Shown: positions 36,836 to 51,368, counted from the stretch's first letter. The stretch is DNA of 64,000 nucleotides from Mytilus edulis (GCF_963676685.1 NC_092348.1:35030001-35094000); one strand, 5' to 3'. The notes: generated by a model from the letters alone, not told the origin. Numbers and translations: made by a program.

Positions 36836-37621
36836 AAAAAAATTAAAAAAAAATCGAGATGTGGTATTATTGCCAAAGAGACAACTCCCCAAAAGCATGA
36901 AACGAGATTAACTTAACTGAAACAGAAATTAACAACTATAGTCACGTACGGCCTTCAACAATTTGCAAAATCCCTACTTTAAATTCTCTTTAATATTCAG
37001 TATAATTTCCTAAAGTTATTATAACCAACCCCTTTCAAGACAGACTTTGTCATTTCTGCGGCTCAATAGATATCGGTGACGAATATCATTATATCATGAC
37101 ATGTAAAGCGTTGGATGTAGCTATAGATAGACATTCTATACTATTCTGTACTATATTAATACACACTTAATCATGTTTTTAAAGTTAAAACTCTGAATTG
37201 AGACAGCACTATCGGTCATCTTATATACAAAAAATAATCTAAGTTCCTACAAATGTTACAGGTAAATCAGTCCTGCAAGCTACATGCAAGTTAAATCAAG
37301 TTTTTTTCAACCTAAGTGCATGGTATTAATAATTGTAAATATATATTTTCTTTGTTACTATGAAATGTAGTTTATTAAAAGTATTCTTTTTTAGAATGTC
37401 CGATTAATATGTGTACACAAACACAAGGTAATAGTTACAACAACACAAAGTATATTAATTAGGGTTGACATCTACTGACAGGTAAGTGTTCCATAGTTCC
37501 AGAGAATTTATGACAATACCCTGCACCCCTTGCCGTACACTCAGACAGAGGTATGGCCTCCCTGATGTAAGCCCCCCTCATATATAAACAATCATTTTCA
37601 AACGTGATTATTTCATAAATC

Positions 37622-40600
37622 ATGGATACTAGCTTCAGCCAACCCGGTTCTCAACCTGCTCATTATAATCGCGCTATATGTACTATTGGATGTTTATGTT
37701 GTGCCAAACTTATCGCCCACAATGAGCCATGCAGCTGTTGGAAACCAGTCGCCACAGCAACAATCTCAACACAAACAGATCCAGGCATTAGCTACGGATA
37801 CAGTTCCGACAGTTACTTCACCAGGGGCAATGTTGCCCATTCATTGCTTCATGTGAGTACACCACATAAAATATAAATGTATATAAGTTTAAGGTGGTAC
37901 ACACCACTTTCACTAAAATTAATTTGGCTCGTTTAATTTTCACAAAGTTTTGAAGTATTTACTTCGACCTTTTGACAAAAATATAAAAAAAATTGAACCA
38001 ACCATTTTATCAGAAAAATTACACTGGTTATATAGCAGTTTGACAGACAGTAATTTTGATCATTCAGAAGCTGAATTTCCCCTTAACAAAACAACGTAAT
38101 TAAAACGTTTAGCTGATTTTACAGAGCTATCTCCCTGTAGTGTTAGGTACCACATTAATAGGAAATATCTGAAATTACTGGTATTTAGAGGAATGTGGAA
38201 TGCATGCCAATGAGACAACTCTCATTCATTGTTTTACATCCTGTTTTACCATGTGAGATTTGTGTTGAATTGCGTGCATATTAAATATGTGTATTTGTTC
38301 CATATTTGATTGTGAATCTCGTATTGACTTATTAGTTGTTTGCTTTACTTACAGTGGAAATGTGTTCATGCATATTCATGATGCATCATGGTAATGAATC
38401 TTGTGAAAAAAATTAAAGATGTTGCCTTATTTGTATGAGTTAACTTGTTGAAGATGGTTATTTGAAAGTCCTCCTTGTGTTTAAATTTCATTGATTTCTA
38501 TTTACTTATACTAAAGTTATTGTGCGAAAACCAAGAATAATGCTTAATTAGGCCCTTTTGGACCCTAATTTCTTAACTGTTGGGACCAAAACTTCCAAAA
38601 TCAATCTGAACCTTCCTTTTGTGGTCATAAACCTTGTGTTCAAATTTCAAAGATACTTATTTACTTATACTAAAGTTATAGTGCGAAAAGCAAATGTCTT
38701 CAGACGACGAAGCCAACGTGATACCAATAATTGACAAATTTTTTTTCAATTTTTGCGGTTGTATAAAAATACAAAGAATTTGAAGCAACCGTTTTTTCAA
38801 AAAAATACACTGGTTATATATATATAGCAGTTTGACAAACACTAATTTTTCCCTTAACAACACAACATAACTCAAATTTTACAGAGTTATCTCCCTGTTG
38901 GGTTAGGTACCACCTTAACTGTTTTCTTTCATATAAAAACATATGTTAGGCTTGTTCTGTCATTTTTATACATGTCCAGAGTATATTTATTCATGTGGTT
39001 TTGAAAAAAAAACAAACAATTTAACGCTCAATAAGTGTGCAGGTATGCTTAAGAGTGACTGAAAACATTATTGACCTGTAACTGATGCCAATATAACTTC
39101 TTACTTGTTTAAAAACGTTTCAGCTATATGGAAGAAGGACATATTTGTGTACAAGAATATTTTTATTCATACTATATGAACACAATGTAACAAATTACAC
39201 ATCTGAAAGTCAGTCAATACAGCAAGATCAAATATATAAGCTATCACATGTAAAACTACCCTTGCAAATTAAGAAATAATAATTATCAATGATCATATGA
39301 TACACTTTTATAAACTTTCAATAACAAAAAACATGTTCTTCCTTACAAATAAGTTAAACTTCAAAATTTATTGTGTCAAAAATGTGAACTAGTAACCTAT
39401 CTATAAATTTTTATCATCTTTATTTCAATTCAGAAAAAAACTAACTTTATATAAAATTATAAGTGTGTGATTTTGTGGATAAGTATAAAATACATGAGCT
39501 AGTTTGAAAACGTTTTTTAATACACACTGTTACAACAGTATTCACTTAAAATACAAGTAAGTACAAGTCAGCCTGATAAGCCAACTTTTATACTTATATA
39601 TCCTTTAAATTTGTTTGGCTTGGCATTAATTTCAATCTTAAGAGATCACTTGAATTTATTTATAATTATGTACAGGTTCAAAGGATGTGTGACTCTCAAG
39701 ATAAAATAGATTTATTTAGGTATATTATATTGTATGTACAGTTTGTACTGACAAATAGTTAAAATTCTTTAATACAAAGAATTAAAAAAAAATCTATGTA
39801 CACAAAATCTGTATAGAAACAGTCAAACTCTCTGACCAAGCATGTATCATTTGTACATGTAAGAAAGAATACACACGGTCTAAATTATTTTGAAGATAAA
39901 TACTCGAAAACCCTATCTTTCTAAATAGCTTTAATAGTTTAAGATTTAATTATTTAATTAACCTTACATTCCAATATATAATAAATAAAGAACTACTCAT
40001 ATATAAACATATCATGAATACTGTCAGGACTGTATATTATGAAATTATTTTATTTTTGCTAAAAGTCATTCCAATAATTAAAACTCCCATTTTGAAATTT
40101 TTCTTTAAATCAATAGGAAATTTCTGAATATACCATTTTATTCTTAAATGATAAAATATCAGTAATAAATGCACGCAATAATTTCTGAATATACAGTATT
40201 CAGACAGTTATATATGTGTAAATATGAACAGAATATTCTGTTTCATGTAAAAATATTGACTTTGCAGTCTGAAATAAAGATTCTTATGGTATCTTATAAG
40301 AAAAGGAGCTTTTATTTAACATTCATACACATTGGTATCAAAAAAGTTAAATTTAAACAGCAGTTTTGGAGAAATTTAAAACATTGTCTATATACATATA
40401 CTTTGTCAAATAAGAAAACTGATCAATTACAAGTTAGATACATGTACGGACATAATGAAGTCTATCATTTTCTCTCCCAACAATCTGTGGAGCACTGACA
40501 TCTTTCAACATAACAGCTTTCTGTGAGGTTTTATGCTCTAACACACTCCAGAATCCATCTTCATATCTTACATCATCAAATATATCAAGCAAAACCCAGG

Positions 40601-43600
40601 TGTATGTTTGTCCTCTCCAAACGTGCTCAAAAATCTTACAAATTGAACCAAATATTATACTGTCAACTAAAGAATCTGTTGAATTTTCATCTACAGTATA
40701 CACATATGAATTTGAAGATCTGTTATTGGAAAAAGGTGAAAAATTAATTTTCCTGCCAGTGTTTCCATATGTAGTGTTTCCATAGGACCTTGTGCATGAA
40801 GCAAGTTCTTTGCCTTCCTTACTCATTCTTGCTACCAAACAAAAGTCATAAACATTGGACATTTCTCTCAAAATGTTATCATCAATAGAGAACGTTTTCT
40901 CATTTGTACTACAACTGTCATCTTTTTCATCTTCTAAAAGCAGTCTCTCTAGTTTACCAATGTCAATACCATCTTGTTTGACCTTTCCAGACATTATCAT
41001 GTAGACACACCAATCGTAAATCTAAAAAATAAAGAAATGACCATGAGAAACAATTTAAAAAATGGATATTCCATTTTGCGATTTACATGCAAGAACTGAA
41101 CAGAAACACTGGATTTGAGATATAAAATATAAAATAAGATTATGAATTTATATAATTGCTTTCCAGATCCTGCTTTATTATAAACCAAAGTGAAAACAGT
41201 AAAAACCAAACTTGCTGACTATTTTGTAATCAAAACACAATTCTTTAATCATGTTAATAATATTAACCATGAAATAAAATCAAGTCTAAGAATGTTCCTT
41301 GCTTTTGAATGTTTGCCTGTTATTCTGAATCCTCTGGTTTTTCTGATGTAGTGAGTGCGATTAACACATTCTGTTACCAAAACCCTTTCTTTTCCTTTTA
41401 TATCTTATTAAAACATATATTGATTAAGATGCCTTATTAAAATAAAAATCCTTTAATTTTAAAGTTTCTGAAGGAAAACTGATGCTATTCATCCATTGTT
41501 AAATGCATAAAAATCTAGAGGTATTCACTTCCCACCAAATTGCTAAACGGTTAATATCTTGAAAGCAACCACAAAGACCCTACATGTTTCATGTTTTCTA
41601 TTAATTCCTTGATTCATATACATTGTAATTTATAATAGTATTTTAAATAGCTTCTTAAGTAGACATCATTAAAACAGAAATTGACATGAAAATCTTGTGA
41701 CAAAATTTTTCATGGTGGACTCGAGTAAAGATCTGGTGTTGAGACTGAAATATAACTATATATATATATATGATAAAGTTGCCTTATATGGCATATACTT
41801 ACAGCATAAGTCTCCATGATTGTGGCTTCAATCTTATTTTTATTTAAAGCTTGACGGGTTATCCAACTGTTTACTCTTTCAAATGGAAACAGCCACCTCC
41901 CATAAAGAGGACCAAAATTTGCAAATCCTTCTGGTATATGATGAAGTAGATGTGTTGTAATAGTCTATAACACAAATAAATAACAATGTATCAGTAATGG
42001 TTAAAATTAATATGACATACACTTCAGTAAACCACAAAACACTGCAAATACAATTTTCTCAAAAAAATACTTGTAGAAGTAACTTTTTTCTTACAATCCC
42101 ACAAAAGTGTTTAAGTTTTAAAAAGTAAATTCATGCCTTTAATAATTCTTCCCCAAGTTTTCTCAATTTTTGTATTAGAGTCCAATGTTTCGTCTCATTA
42201 ATTCAACAAATAAACTGATTGTGCAAAGATCTTAATCATGTATTGGATTTTCCATGAAATTACACTTAAATGATTAGTAAAGACATCTGCAAAATTCTAT
42301 TAGAGCAAAGAAATCATTAGAATTCAAAAAAAGAAGATAGGATGATTTTTTTTACTTCTACAAGTAAAAAAATCTGAATGTCTAAGGGACATAACTCAGC
42401 CAATATTGTTTTACCTACATGAGTACAAGTAAATAAAATTCACCTGTATAAGTATCCTACAAATTTACTTATATAAGAATATTAATATTACTTCCCCAAG
42501 TCATTAAAAATAACATGTACAAGTAGTACCCCCTGACTGTAAGCTAACATAAGCAATTTTGACAATTATCTTTTTGTGTACTGATAAAACGAAATGCACA
42601 TACTAATTAAGTTTGTCTCATACCTGTAATGCAATAGGGAAATCTCTTTCCACCAATGAAACAGCTTCACTTGTAGATTCAATAATGAATTCCAATTCGT
42701 TTTCATGATAAGATTCACTGGTCAGCAACTCAATCACATTAAAAAGCTTCCCTAATGTTGTCTCTTGTTTACTGGGCAATAGTCCTCGTAGACACCAAAG
42801 TGCAGCTCCACTGGTTACAAACTGAAAATGTCAAATAAATGGTCAAATACTTCAGTGAATCTATTGTTTTGTGTTGTGCATGCATGAATACATTGTACAT
42901 GTGGGTACAGAAAAAACTTTTTTTATATAAAATTGGAAGAATGTACTGTAATTATCAAATTGACAAGAAAATTCACAAATCGTACTACAGTATTACAGCA
43001 TTAAAATTGAACATCCAACAACAAATTATAATTGTCTCATTTTTTTAAATTTGCAATGAAGACCATTACAAACAAACATTCTGTTAGACATAGCCCCCTA
43101 CCTGTTCATTGTACATTGTATTTGAACAAAATTCTAACTTAATCTATAACTTGTCAAGGTGTAAACATAATACATCAAGGATCATAGCTCTATACAAAAT
43201 CACTAGACTAAACCAATATTAAACTTGACCTGTAACTTAGAAGATGTGGTATGATTGCCGATGCAGTGAAACAACTCTCAACAAGAGACCAAACATGCCA
43301 AATGACACAGAAATTAACAACTATAGGTCAATGAAACCTGAAGCAGGACAAACAAAAGGAGGAACAGAATGAAAAACACACTGTTCATAATTGGGGCATA
43401 AACAACATGTGTGCCAGTCAAAGACCCACATCATATACATGTTATCATTCTCCTAACAAGAACAACAAAATCAAAAGTCAAAATGTATACCTGATGTTTT
43501 CCATGCATAGTCCTCAGTGTCCATGGCTTTGAAAAATGCTGGTCTGGGTGGTAGTCATATCCTGTTGGATACACCAATGACATGGCTCTTTGATCAGCAA

Positions 43601-46600
43601 TTTTAACACTTGATCTATCAAGTCTCCATGGAGCTGGGGGTAGTTCATTTTCTGCTGTCATTGATTCTACTCTTGCTTTTTTAGCTTTTCTCCCGTCTTC
43701 TGTATTTGATTTTCTTTTGTTGCTTCCTACAACTGTTTCCTCGTCATTGATGATGGTTCTGCTGTTCCATGAATCCTTAAATCGTTGAAACTCTTCTTCT
43801 CCACTCCGTACCTTTTTCCCATCATCTTTTCCTGTTATGAGGCCAAAGAGATTGCCAATTACATCTGCAATGGTGTGCATACCGTCAGGTTGCATTTGTT
43901 CTTGACGATTATGGTAAGGCAGTCTCATGAAGCTATATTTTCCTTTCAGTCCTGTTTTTTTCTGTAAAAGAGATTTTCTGTTTTGATTTGGAAGTTGATC
44001 ATAGCTGTTTCTGATTTCTAATTCTTCTTCTTTTGTATAAGACTCTGGTTTACTTGCTCTGTCCTCACCTTTGATAGCAAAATCATTCTTTTCTTTTCTC
44101 AATGGATGATTTTCTGGTAAAAAAGCTCTATTGTTGATATGAACCACTTTGTGTAAAGACTTACAATAGAATCCTTCTTCCTTACAATAAGGACATCCAC
44201 GGAGTGCAGCCTGGCTTGAAACATGTAAAATCTTGCTGAATGCGGGAATGTCACACATGTAATGCAGGAGTGCTATTCGGACTGATGTAGGGGCTCCTCT
44301 GTAGGCATTAAACATTGTGCACTCTGTCAGTTCTAGCAATTCATCTACTAAAAGGTCCAAATATGGATCGAGGTTTTTTGTCTCTTCTGTCTTTGTACCT
44401 GGAACAATGCCAACCAACATCATTGGTCCTAAAATATTTCGGACATTTACAGGCAAATTGAGCCAGGTGAGGATTAATGGCCACATCGACTTCTGAGTTG
44501 CCATACTTTTGTGAGGATTAAGCCCATCACAAAAAAGTGCCAATGGAACTGTACAGCTTTCCTCCATGTCCTGAAAGACTCCTCCATCTTCATACCAAGA
44601 TTTATATATCTTTCCATCAGTTATGTCAGTTAACTTTCCATTGCAAAGATCTTGTCTGGAATAAAGAATCTTACATATATTGTCACTTCCAAAAATCCTT
44701 GAAAGTCTTGGTCCAATAGGCATATACGTAAAAGTTTTTCGTGCACTTAAGGACTCTGCTTTGTATCTTGGCTCTCCACATTTTGTACATTCTCTGTCTA
44801 ATGAGTGGTCATTGTCACTTGTTTTGCAGAAAAGTAAGCAGTCATTGACACATGCATCATATCTTTTTGTTTCTATAATCATCGGTTTTATCATTTGATA
44901 TGCTTCCTTATAAGATTCAGGGAGGCAGTTGGGAGTTGGTAATACTGTCTTCTCATTTTTTAGGCACATGCTCAGTGCTGTTTTAGACATTCCATTGTTA
45001 GCGCTGAAATTTATGAAGTGTCTAAACAAGGAGTCAAGTAGTGTTGTACGACAACCTGGATATAGTGGTTCTTGAAGTTTTTCGCTAAGTGAATCATCAT
45101 TATTCTCTATCGGTAAAAAGTTTGGCTTCAGATATGAAGATTCCTTGATTGAATTACTGATGGTTTTAAAATAATTCTGTTGTTGTCTTCTTTGAGTCCT
45201 TTTACTTTTCCCAAGTTCTGAAAGAAAAGACAGATTTTAGTGAATTTGGAATTGTGTGATTGATATTAACTCAGATCATTATAACGAAAAATTAATATAT
45301 AAACATTTAGCATTCTGATTTCTGTGAGTATTGCAAATCACTACATGTACCTCAGGGATCTCCATGGCCTGTTTAATGATAGCGCCCCGCCAACATTCAA
45401 ATGTCTTGCGCAATCGTCAAATGACTTGTGCCATCGTTCAATTGTCTTCTGCCATGGTTCAAAACTGGAAAGTTTTAATAGCCTGACACCATTTTATTAG
45501 CAATTTTAATCAAATGCATGTTATTGCATAACCCTCAGGCTGTTTTTATAGTATAATCCATTAGGGATAACCAGATTAAGATCGCTAATCACTTGTACCT
45601 GAGCTTGCACAGATAGATCAACAAAACAGACAGGAGAATATTATCTGAAGATAAACGATTTATTTGTCGAATTATCTAACTAAGTTTCCGCAAATGCTTA
45701 TGAAAATTCAGAGATCAAATAAATAAATTGATAATCCAGTTACAAAGTTTTAACAAGATGAACACATGCTTTTATTTTGACTTGCGCAATCAGCATCCCC
45801 CTTTTTTAAGAAGTACAAAATAAGGCGTAGAACAGTAATTGTTATTTCATCAGAAATAACTTGAGTACTGCTGTATTGTAACAATAATATATAGATATAG
45901 GAAGATGTGGTGTGAGTGCCAATGAGACAACTCTCCATCCAAATGACAATTTAAAAAGTAAACCATTATAGATTAAAGTACGGCCTTCAACACGGAGCCT
46001 TGGCTCACACCGAACAACAAGCTATAAAGGGCCCCAAAATTACTAGTGTAAAACCATTCAAACAGGAAAACCAACGGTCTAATCTATATAAACAAAACGA
46101 GAAACGAGAAACACGTATATATTACATAAACAAACGACAACTACTGTACATCAGATTCCTGACTTAGGACAGGTGCAAACATTTCGTATTTTATAATCAA
46201 ATTGATACATCCGCACTACTGCAAACCAGCCATACTGGTAATGGGTTCATGACTACTGAATTTGACAGTGTCCGTGAAAAATAAGCTCCACATAATTTTT
46301 AACCCCCATAACGATTACCAAAAAATAGCAAGAAAAATGCATTGGGACCTTCGTGACAGCTATTGGTTATTCTCGACTTAGGGAAAGGTAGGGGCATGAG
46401 GGCTTGGCCTTTGAAGGGTTAATAAAAACGGCAATCATTGAAAATATATACTTCTATATAGTATTTATAATGAAAATTCAAATAAATATAATTCAAATAA
46501 AATAAATTAGCATGTTCACCCATACTTATGTGGAGGGATGAAATACATTACATCGTGCTACACTGTACGGCGTATGATACAGTTTATGATGATGAAAGTT

Positions 46601-49600
46601 CCTCCATGGTTCAATTTTCATCCATGGAGATCCCTGGTACCTGTTACAAATTCATTTTATTGGAACAAAATCCGAACTTGATTTATAACTTGTCACAGTG
46701 TATACTTTTTGACAAATTATATCAAATCAACATCCTCAAGAAAGAAGACCAAAAGTGTTGAAAATTTATCATTTAAGTGACTATTTTTAGTCCAAAAATC
46801 ATATCTCTGAAAAAAGTAATCCTACTGCACTATTCCTGGGGTATAAAAAAAAACCGCCATTTGTTTAGTAGTCATTCATTTTTTCTCCAATTTGTTTTTA
46901 GTTTAAATTAAATTAAAATCATTTTACACTTGCAGAGAGCCATAAGAACCCTAGATGAAGTGTCGGACAATAGACACAAGACAATTGGAATTGTTAGAGA
47001 GATGTTTCCAGAGATACGCTCATCACCAAAAACCAACAAAAAGTTAAACCGTGCTATTAGAAGGTCAAAAGTCAACAGACAATACTATGGTAACCTCAAG
47101 TACGTAATTTTATTTTTTTCATGAATAGTTTTGGTTTAATGACAGTCAATGGACTCTCATCATTTGATGTGTTTTATTGTTCCATGCAAGAATATATATG
47201 GTTTAAGGGTGGGGACTGTTTACAACTTTTTAACCAAGAGGGGATGGGTATGACCCCAAGGGGCTTCCCTTTTATTTCATTTCATTTGTTTTATTACCCA
47301 ATATTTCTTGGTTAGGGGTGGGGATCTCGTCTGATTACAAGATAAAAGCACATTATTAAATTGAATAGGGTGAGGTGACCCCCAGGGACTTCCCTTTTTT
47401 ATCATTTAATTTGTTTTATTGTCCCATACAAGACAGGGTTGGCAAAGTATTACCCGCCCGGGAATTCCCGGGTTTTCCCGGGCTGGGCAATACTCCCAGA
47501 AATAGGTAATAGTGGGCAATACTGGGCAATATGATTTTCTAAGCTTATTTTAACACTAAATAGTAAAGACTTGGTACAGTTTCATAGTATAACAGCTAAA
47601 TATATACTTTTTATACAGATAACCATTGACAGTCATTTCTAGAAATATATCATTCTCAATTTCATTCTCTTCTCTATTAATTCTATATGTAGGCAGAACA
47701 GAAGATTTGTACATTTAAAGATACCTTTTTAATTACCAAACATTATTTTAATAATCCAAACTTTGAAACATGCATTTTATTGCAGTGTTGAAGTGACTTG
47801 TTAATTTTATTTGTTATACATTCATATTGCTAAATAAACACCCTAAGGGGTCATGCCAATAAAACTTATAGAATTATAAGGGCTGATTATTGTTACATAA
47901 ACAAATCTGTGTTCTAATCTGAATAATTACTAATTAATTAGTGACATTATTTAATTGTAATTTTTCTTACAAAGTAATTGTTAATTCTTAAATTAGGAGT
48001 TATATCTATTTGAAAGAAAACAATTGTTTTGCTTTATATTTACAGTTTGACAATCTAGACAAATGCTAGACAAACAAAATAGGGTATAAATATCCTATTA
48101 AATATATTAAATTTGTGTATCACTGAATCTTCTTTAAAATTCAGACAAGTATTTTATATTACCCAGTATTGCCCATTATTACCCACTAAAACCCAGTAAA
48201 ACCTGGGTTTTCCCAGTATATCCCACTGGGATGGGCAATACTCATAAAACCAGGGTTTTTGCAAACCCTGATACAAGAATATATATGGTTTAGGGGTGGG
48301 GATCTAGAGGGTTTACAAGATAATAGCACATTCTCAAATTGAATTTTGAATCAAAACCAAAAATATACAGATCCTTAGATTAATATAACAAAGAAGTGTG
48401 TAAAGTTTTATGCACTAATCCTAATTTTTTTTTTTGAGATATGGCATGACATGTAAAAAAAACTTCCCCTTTTTTACAAAATACTAAATAACTGAAAAAT
48501 AAAATTTTGAATCATCACAAAAAAGTATATCGATCTTAAGATTAAATTATAACTTAGAAGTGTGTAAAGTTTTAAGCAATAATCTAAATCGTTTTAGATC
48601 TACAGTATGACATGTGAAAAACACACACCTGTTTTAGTAACAAAGTGCCGTAACTCAAAAAAAGTTTTAATCTTGTTTTCACCAAAAAGTATACGGATCA
48701 TTTGACCCTCATAATAAACAACTATAATAAGTTTCATGAAATTTGGATAAGTCGTTCTTGACTGACACCTGACATTTTTATTACAAAATACATGTACATC
48801 TCCTCAAAATTTTGACGGGCGTTTAAAAATTGTTCTGGAAGGTCTTATCACCAAAAACATGTATTCAAATATGACAATGTATGAAGGAAGAAAATAAGTT
48901 TAAAGTGTCATTTCAATTGTCAAAAGGTCACCTTGAGATATATTTCAAGGTTATCATGGTTATAAACTAATACCTCAAATCAAAAGACCATGATTGGTCT
49001 TAATTATATTAATTTGATTTATGATAAATTTGTCTTAATCTGTTTCGATTGCGATTTGTTTTATATTTTACTTTTTTAATTACAGGCAAAGAGCTGAAAC
49101 ACAGGGACAAACAGTGCGTCAGATGCTTAATAAGACAAAAAGGTAGGGCATCCTTAAATCAAAATCAATGACGGACTAAAATAAAATGCATCCTAAAAAA
49201 AGCTCAACACTATAAGTGGCACTTTTTTACATTATTGAAGGTTCATTATCCCCTATTACAAACTAGAGGCTTAAAAATAGCCTACCCTAAAGATTTTATT
49301 GTCATTTTTCAGTAAGCACTGTTAAAGTCAGAATGTTGCTCCCATAGACTCAATGTAAAAAAAAACCCATAAAATAAAAAAAAATCCCTACCTACCTACC
49401 CTAACTTTTTTCAGATCTAACTGGAACCACACATACTTCTTTATTTGGCCTTAATATCCTGGTGGCCATCTTGAACAGTAAATCGACAACTAAGTTGCAA
49501 ATAATGATCAGCATCCCATAAGGAACATTTATAAATGTAATGTTTGGTTTCATTCCATAATTAAGAGGTTATCTAGATGAAGACATGTGTATATATTTCG

Positions 49601-50774
49601 CATACAGGGTGCTTTTTAAACTAAGTTCCCCATTGTCAGCCATTTTGGTTGCTGGATTGCTTCAGAGTACAATCACCTCATTTGGAACATTCATTCCATA
49701 CACATGATACAGTGGTTCTCTAACAGAAGACATTCTAATGTATTGTCCATAGGGTCTTATATGGTTAATCAAGTCCTCAACTAGCAGCCATCTTAGATAG
49801 CACAGACTCATCATAATTTCTATCATCCATATAAGATCATATTTTAGACCATTACTTCTGGACAATGGGGTATAAAATATTCAACATGAACATATTAATT
49901 CATGGAATATATTTGCCTGTTAATAATAGATATATTGTTATGTCTTAAACTAAAGTTATGGTGTGAAAACCAAGAAATGCTTATTTGGGCCCTTTTTGGC
50001 CCCTAATTCCTAAACTGTTAGGACCAAAACTTCCAAAATCAATCCAAACCTTCCTTTTGTGGTCATTAACCTTGTGTTCAAGTTTCATAGATTTCTATTG
50101 ACTTAAACTAAAGTTAGAAGGCGAAAACTTAAAGTACTCTGACGACGCAGATAACAACGCCAACGTGATATCAATACGACCAAAATTTTTAGAATTTTTG
50201 CGATCGTATAAAAATCATTGTAATAAATGGGCCCTTTAATTGGAATACAATTATCTTTAATATCTTATCTTATTAATTAGGATTTTTTAATTTCAGACTT
50301 GAATCAACTTGTCCCCTTGATGACCAAACAAGCACAGACCTGATGACAATCGATCCTGACCGAGAACCAGAATTCAACCAGCAAGATGATTCTGATACCA
50401 ACAACACAGACCTTGAAGCCAACACACCGGTTGAAGCAAACAAAACTGCTGGAGCCAACATAACAATTAGAGCAGAAATTCATCACAAGTCCAATGATAC
50501 AGATCATCATGATCATATAATATATGAAGCAACACCCATTCAAGACTTAGATGCTGCAAAGCCAACTGATGAAATATCAACTGTTCCAACTGAAGAAAAA
50601 TCAACTGTTCCAACTGATGAAATATCAACTGTTCCAACTGACGAAATATCAACTGTTCCAACTGACGAAATATCAACTGTTCCAACTGAGGAAAAATCAA
50701 CTGTTCCAACTGATGAGATACCAGCCGATGAAGCTTGGGAAAAAAAACTGATCCATTATTGTCAACATTTTTAA
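37622..50774 (+). CDS. Putative second (accessory/cargo) gene of the CACTA element, about 309 aa, unknown function
   Basis: Exons 37622-37852, 46936-47099, 49086-49142 and 50297-50774 have canonical GT-AG sites and phases 0, 2, 2 that join into one 930-nt open frame. The last three exons are better supported than the first. Confidence 0.5.
37890..38158. mobile_element. TTAA-flanked MITE (ggtggtac...gtaccac), with a second partial copy at about 38780-38917
   Basis: ttaaggtggtac ... ggtaccacattaa; the second copy ends ggtaccaccttaa. Confidence 0.6.
40434..45217 (-). CDS. CACTA/EnSpm (TnpD-like, Transposase_21/DUF4218-type) DDE transposase, at least 890 aa; first exon(s) not securely located
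   Basis: In-frame exons 45217-43491, 42821-42624, 41964-41803 and 41021-40434, with no stops. Motifs EPLYPGC, DACVNDC...CTKCGEPRY, LFCDGLNP (D), WPLILTWLNLP, GIVPG, DPYLDLLVDEL, CDIPA (D), GCPYC, RAFLPENHPLR, DGMH, HLLHH, GPLYGRWLFPFER (E). Confidence 0.93.
45353..46636. mobile_element. Non-autonomous CAGGG-terminal element with 6-bp TSD (GTACCT), hAT-like
   Basis: Perfect 15-bp TIR CAGGGATCTCCATGG; GTACCT at 45347-45352 and 46637-46642; contains a nested family-B repeat at 45893-46185. Confidence 0.8.
47434..48270. mobile_element. Non-autonomous hAT element with 8-bp TSD (ATACAAGA)
   Basis: CAGGGTTGGCAAA ... TTTGCAAACCCTG; ATACAAGA at 47426-47433 and 48271-48278; subterminal tgggcaata/acccagta repeats. 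Confidence 0.88.
50562..50720 (+). repeat. Coding 24-bp (8-aa) tandem repeat PT(D/E)E(I/K)STV, about 6.5 copies
   Basis: Repeated ccaactga(t/a/c/g)gaaa(t/a)atcaactgtt within ORF 50343..50774. Confidence 0.92.
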
Positions 50775-51332
50775 ATTATATTTCTGTTATCATGGTTATC
50801 ACATGTTATTTATTATAAAATAATATATATATCAAAAATTGAAAACCTATCAAACTGTCCCTGTTTACTTGGTATGAGCAACTTTGAGAATGTTTAAGAA
50901 TTTTTTTAATTGAAATATATAACTCAAATTGTTTGTGTAACCAGAACAGTTTTTTTTTATAAACCTTGTACTTTGTTCATAACGATTTTTTATTGACATA
51001 TCTTATCATCATCAAGTCATCCCTAAATTAGCTAAAAAAAAAAAAACAAATGAAAGAATATTACTTTAAAACCCAAAAGACTGATATCATCAAAACCTAA
51101 CTGTATGAAATTGTATGAACATTAAAGATAAATTATAGGCCTAGTTTAATGATTACAGCACCTAAAATTGTGGCATTATATTTCTCATGTTTCTACATTG
51201 TAAATGTCTAAAATAGAATGCCCAAAACTTTCATGTATTGATCTTTTGTAAATTCAACAAAACACGATACATGCATGTATGATTAAATGAGTGAGGAAGG
51301 ATAAATTAGGATATACATATTTTTATATTTTT

Positions 51333-51368
<36 letters not shown>

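Noticed and set aside
37395-37552. Chain of tiny coding exons upstream of 37622
   Set aside because: The implied introns (15-35 nt) are too short; at most these are UTR exons.
50467-50751. Alternative-frame repeat ORFs (MEQLIF..., MLQSQL...)
   Set aside because: By-products of the 24-bp repeat; only the PTDEISTV frame connects to upstream exons.
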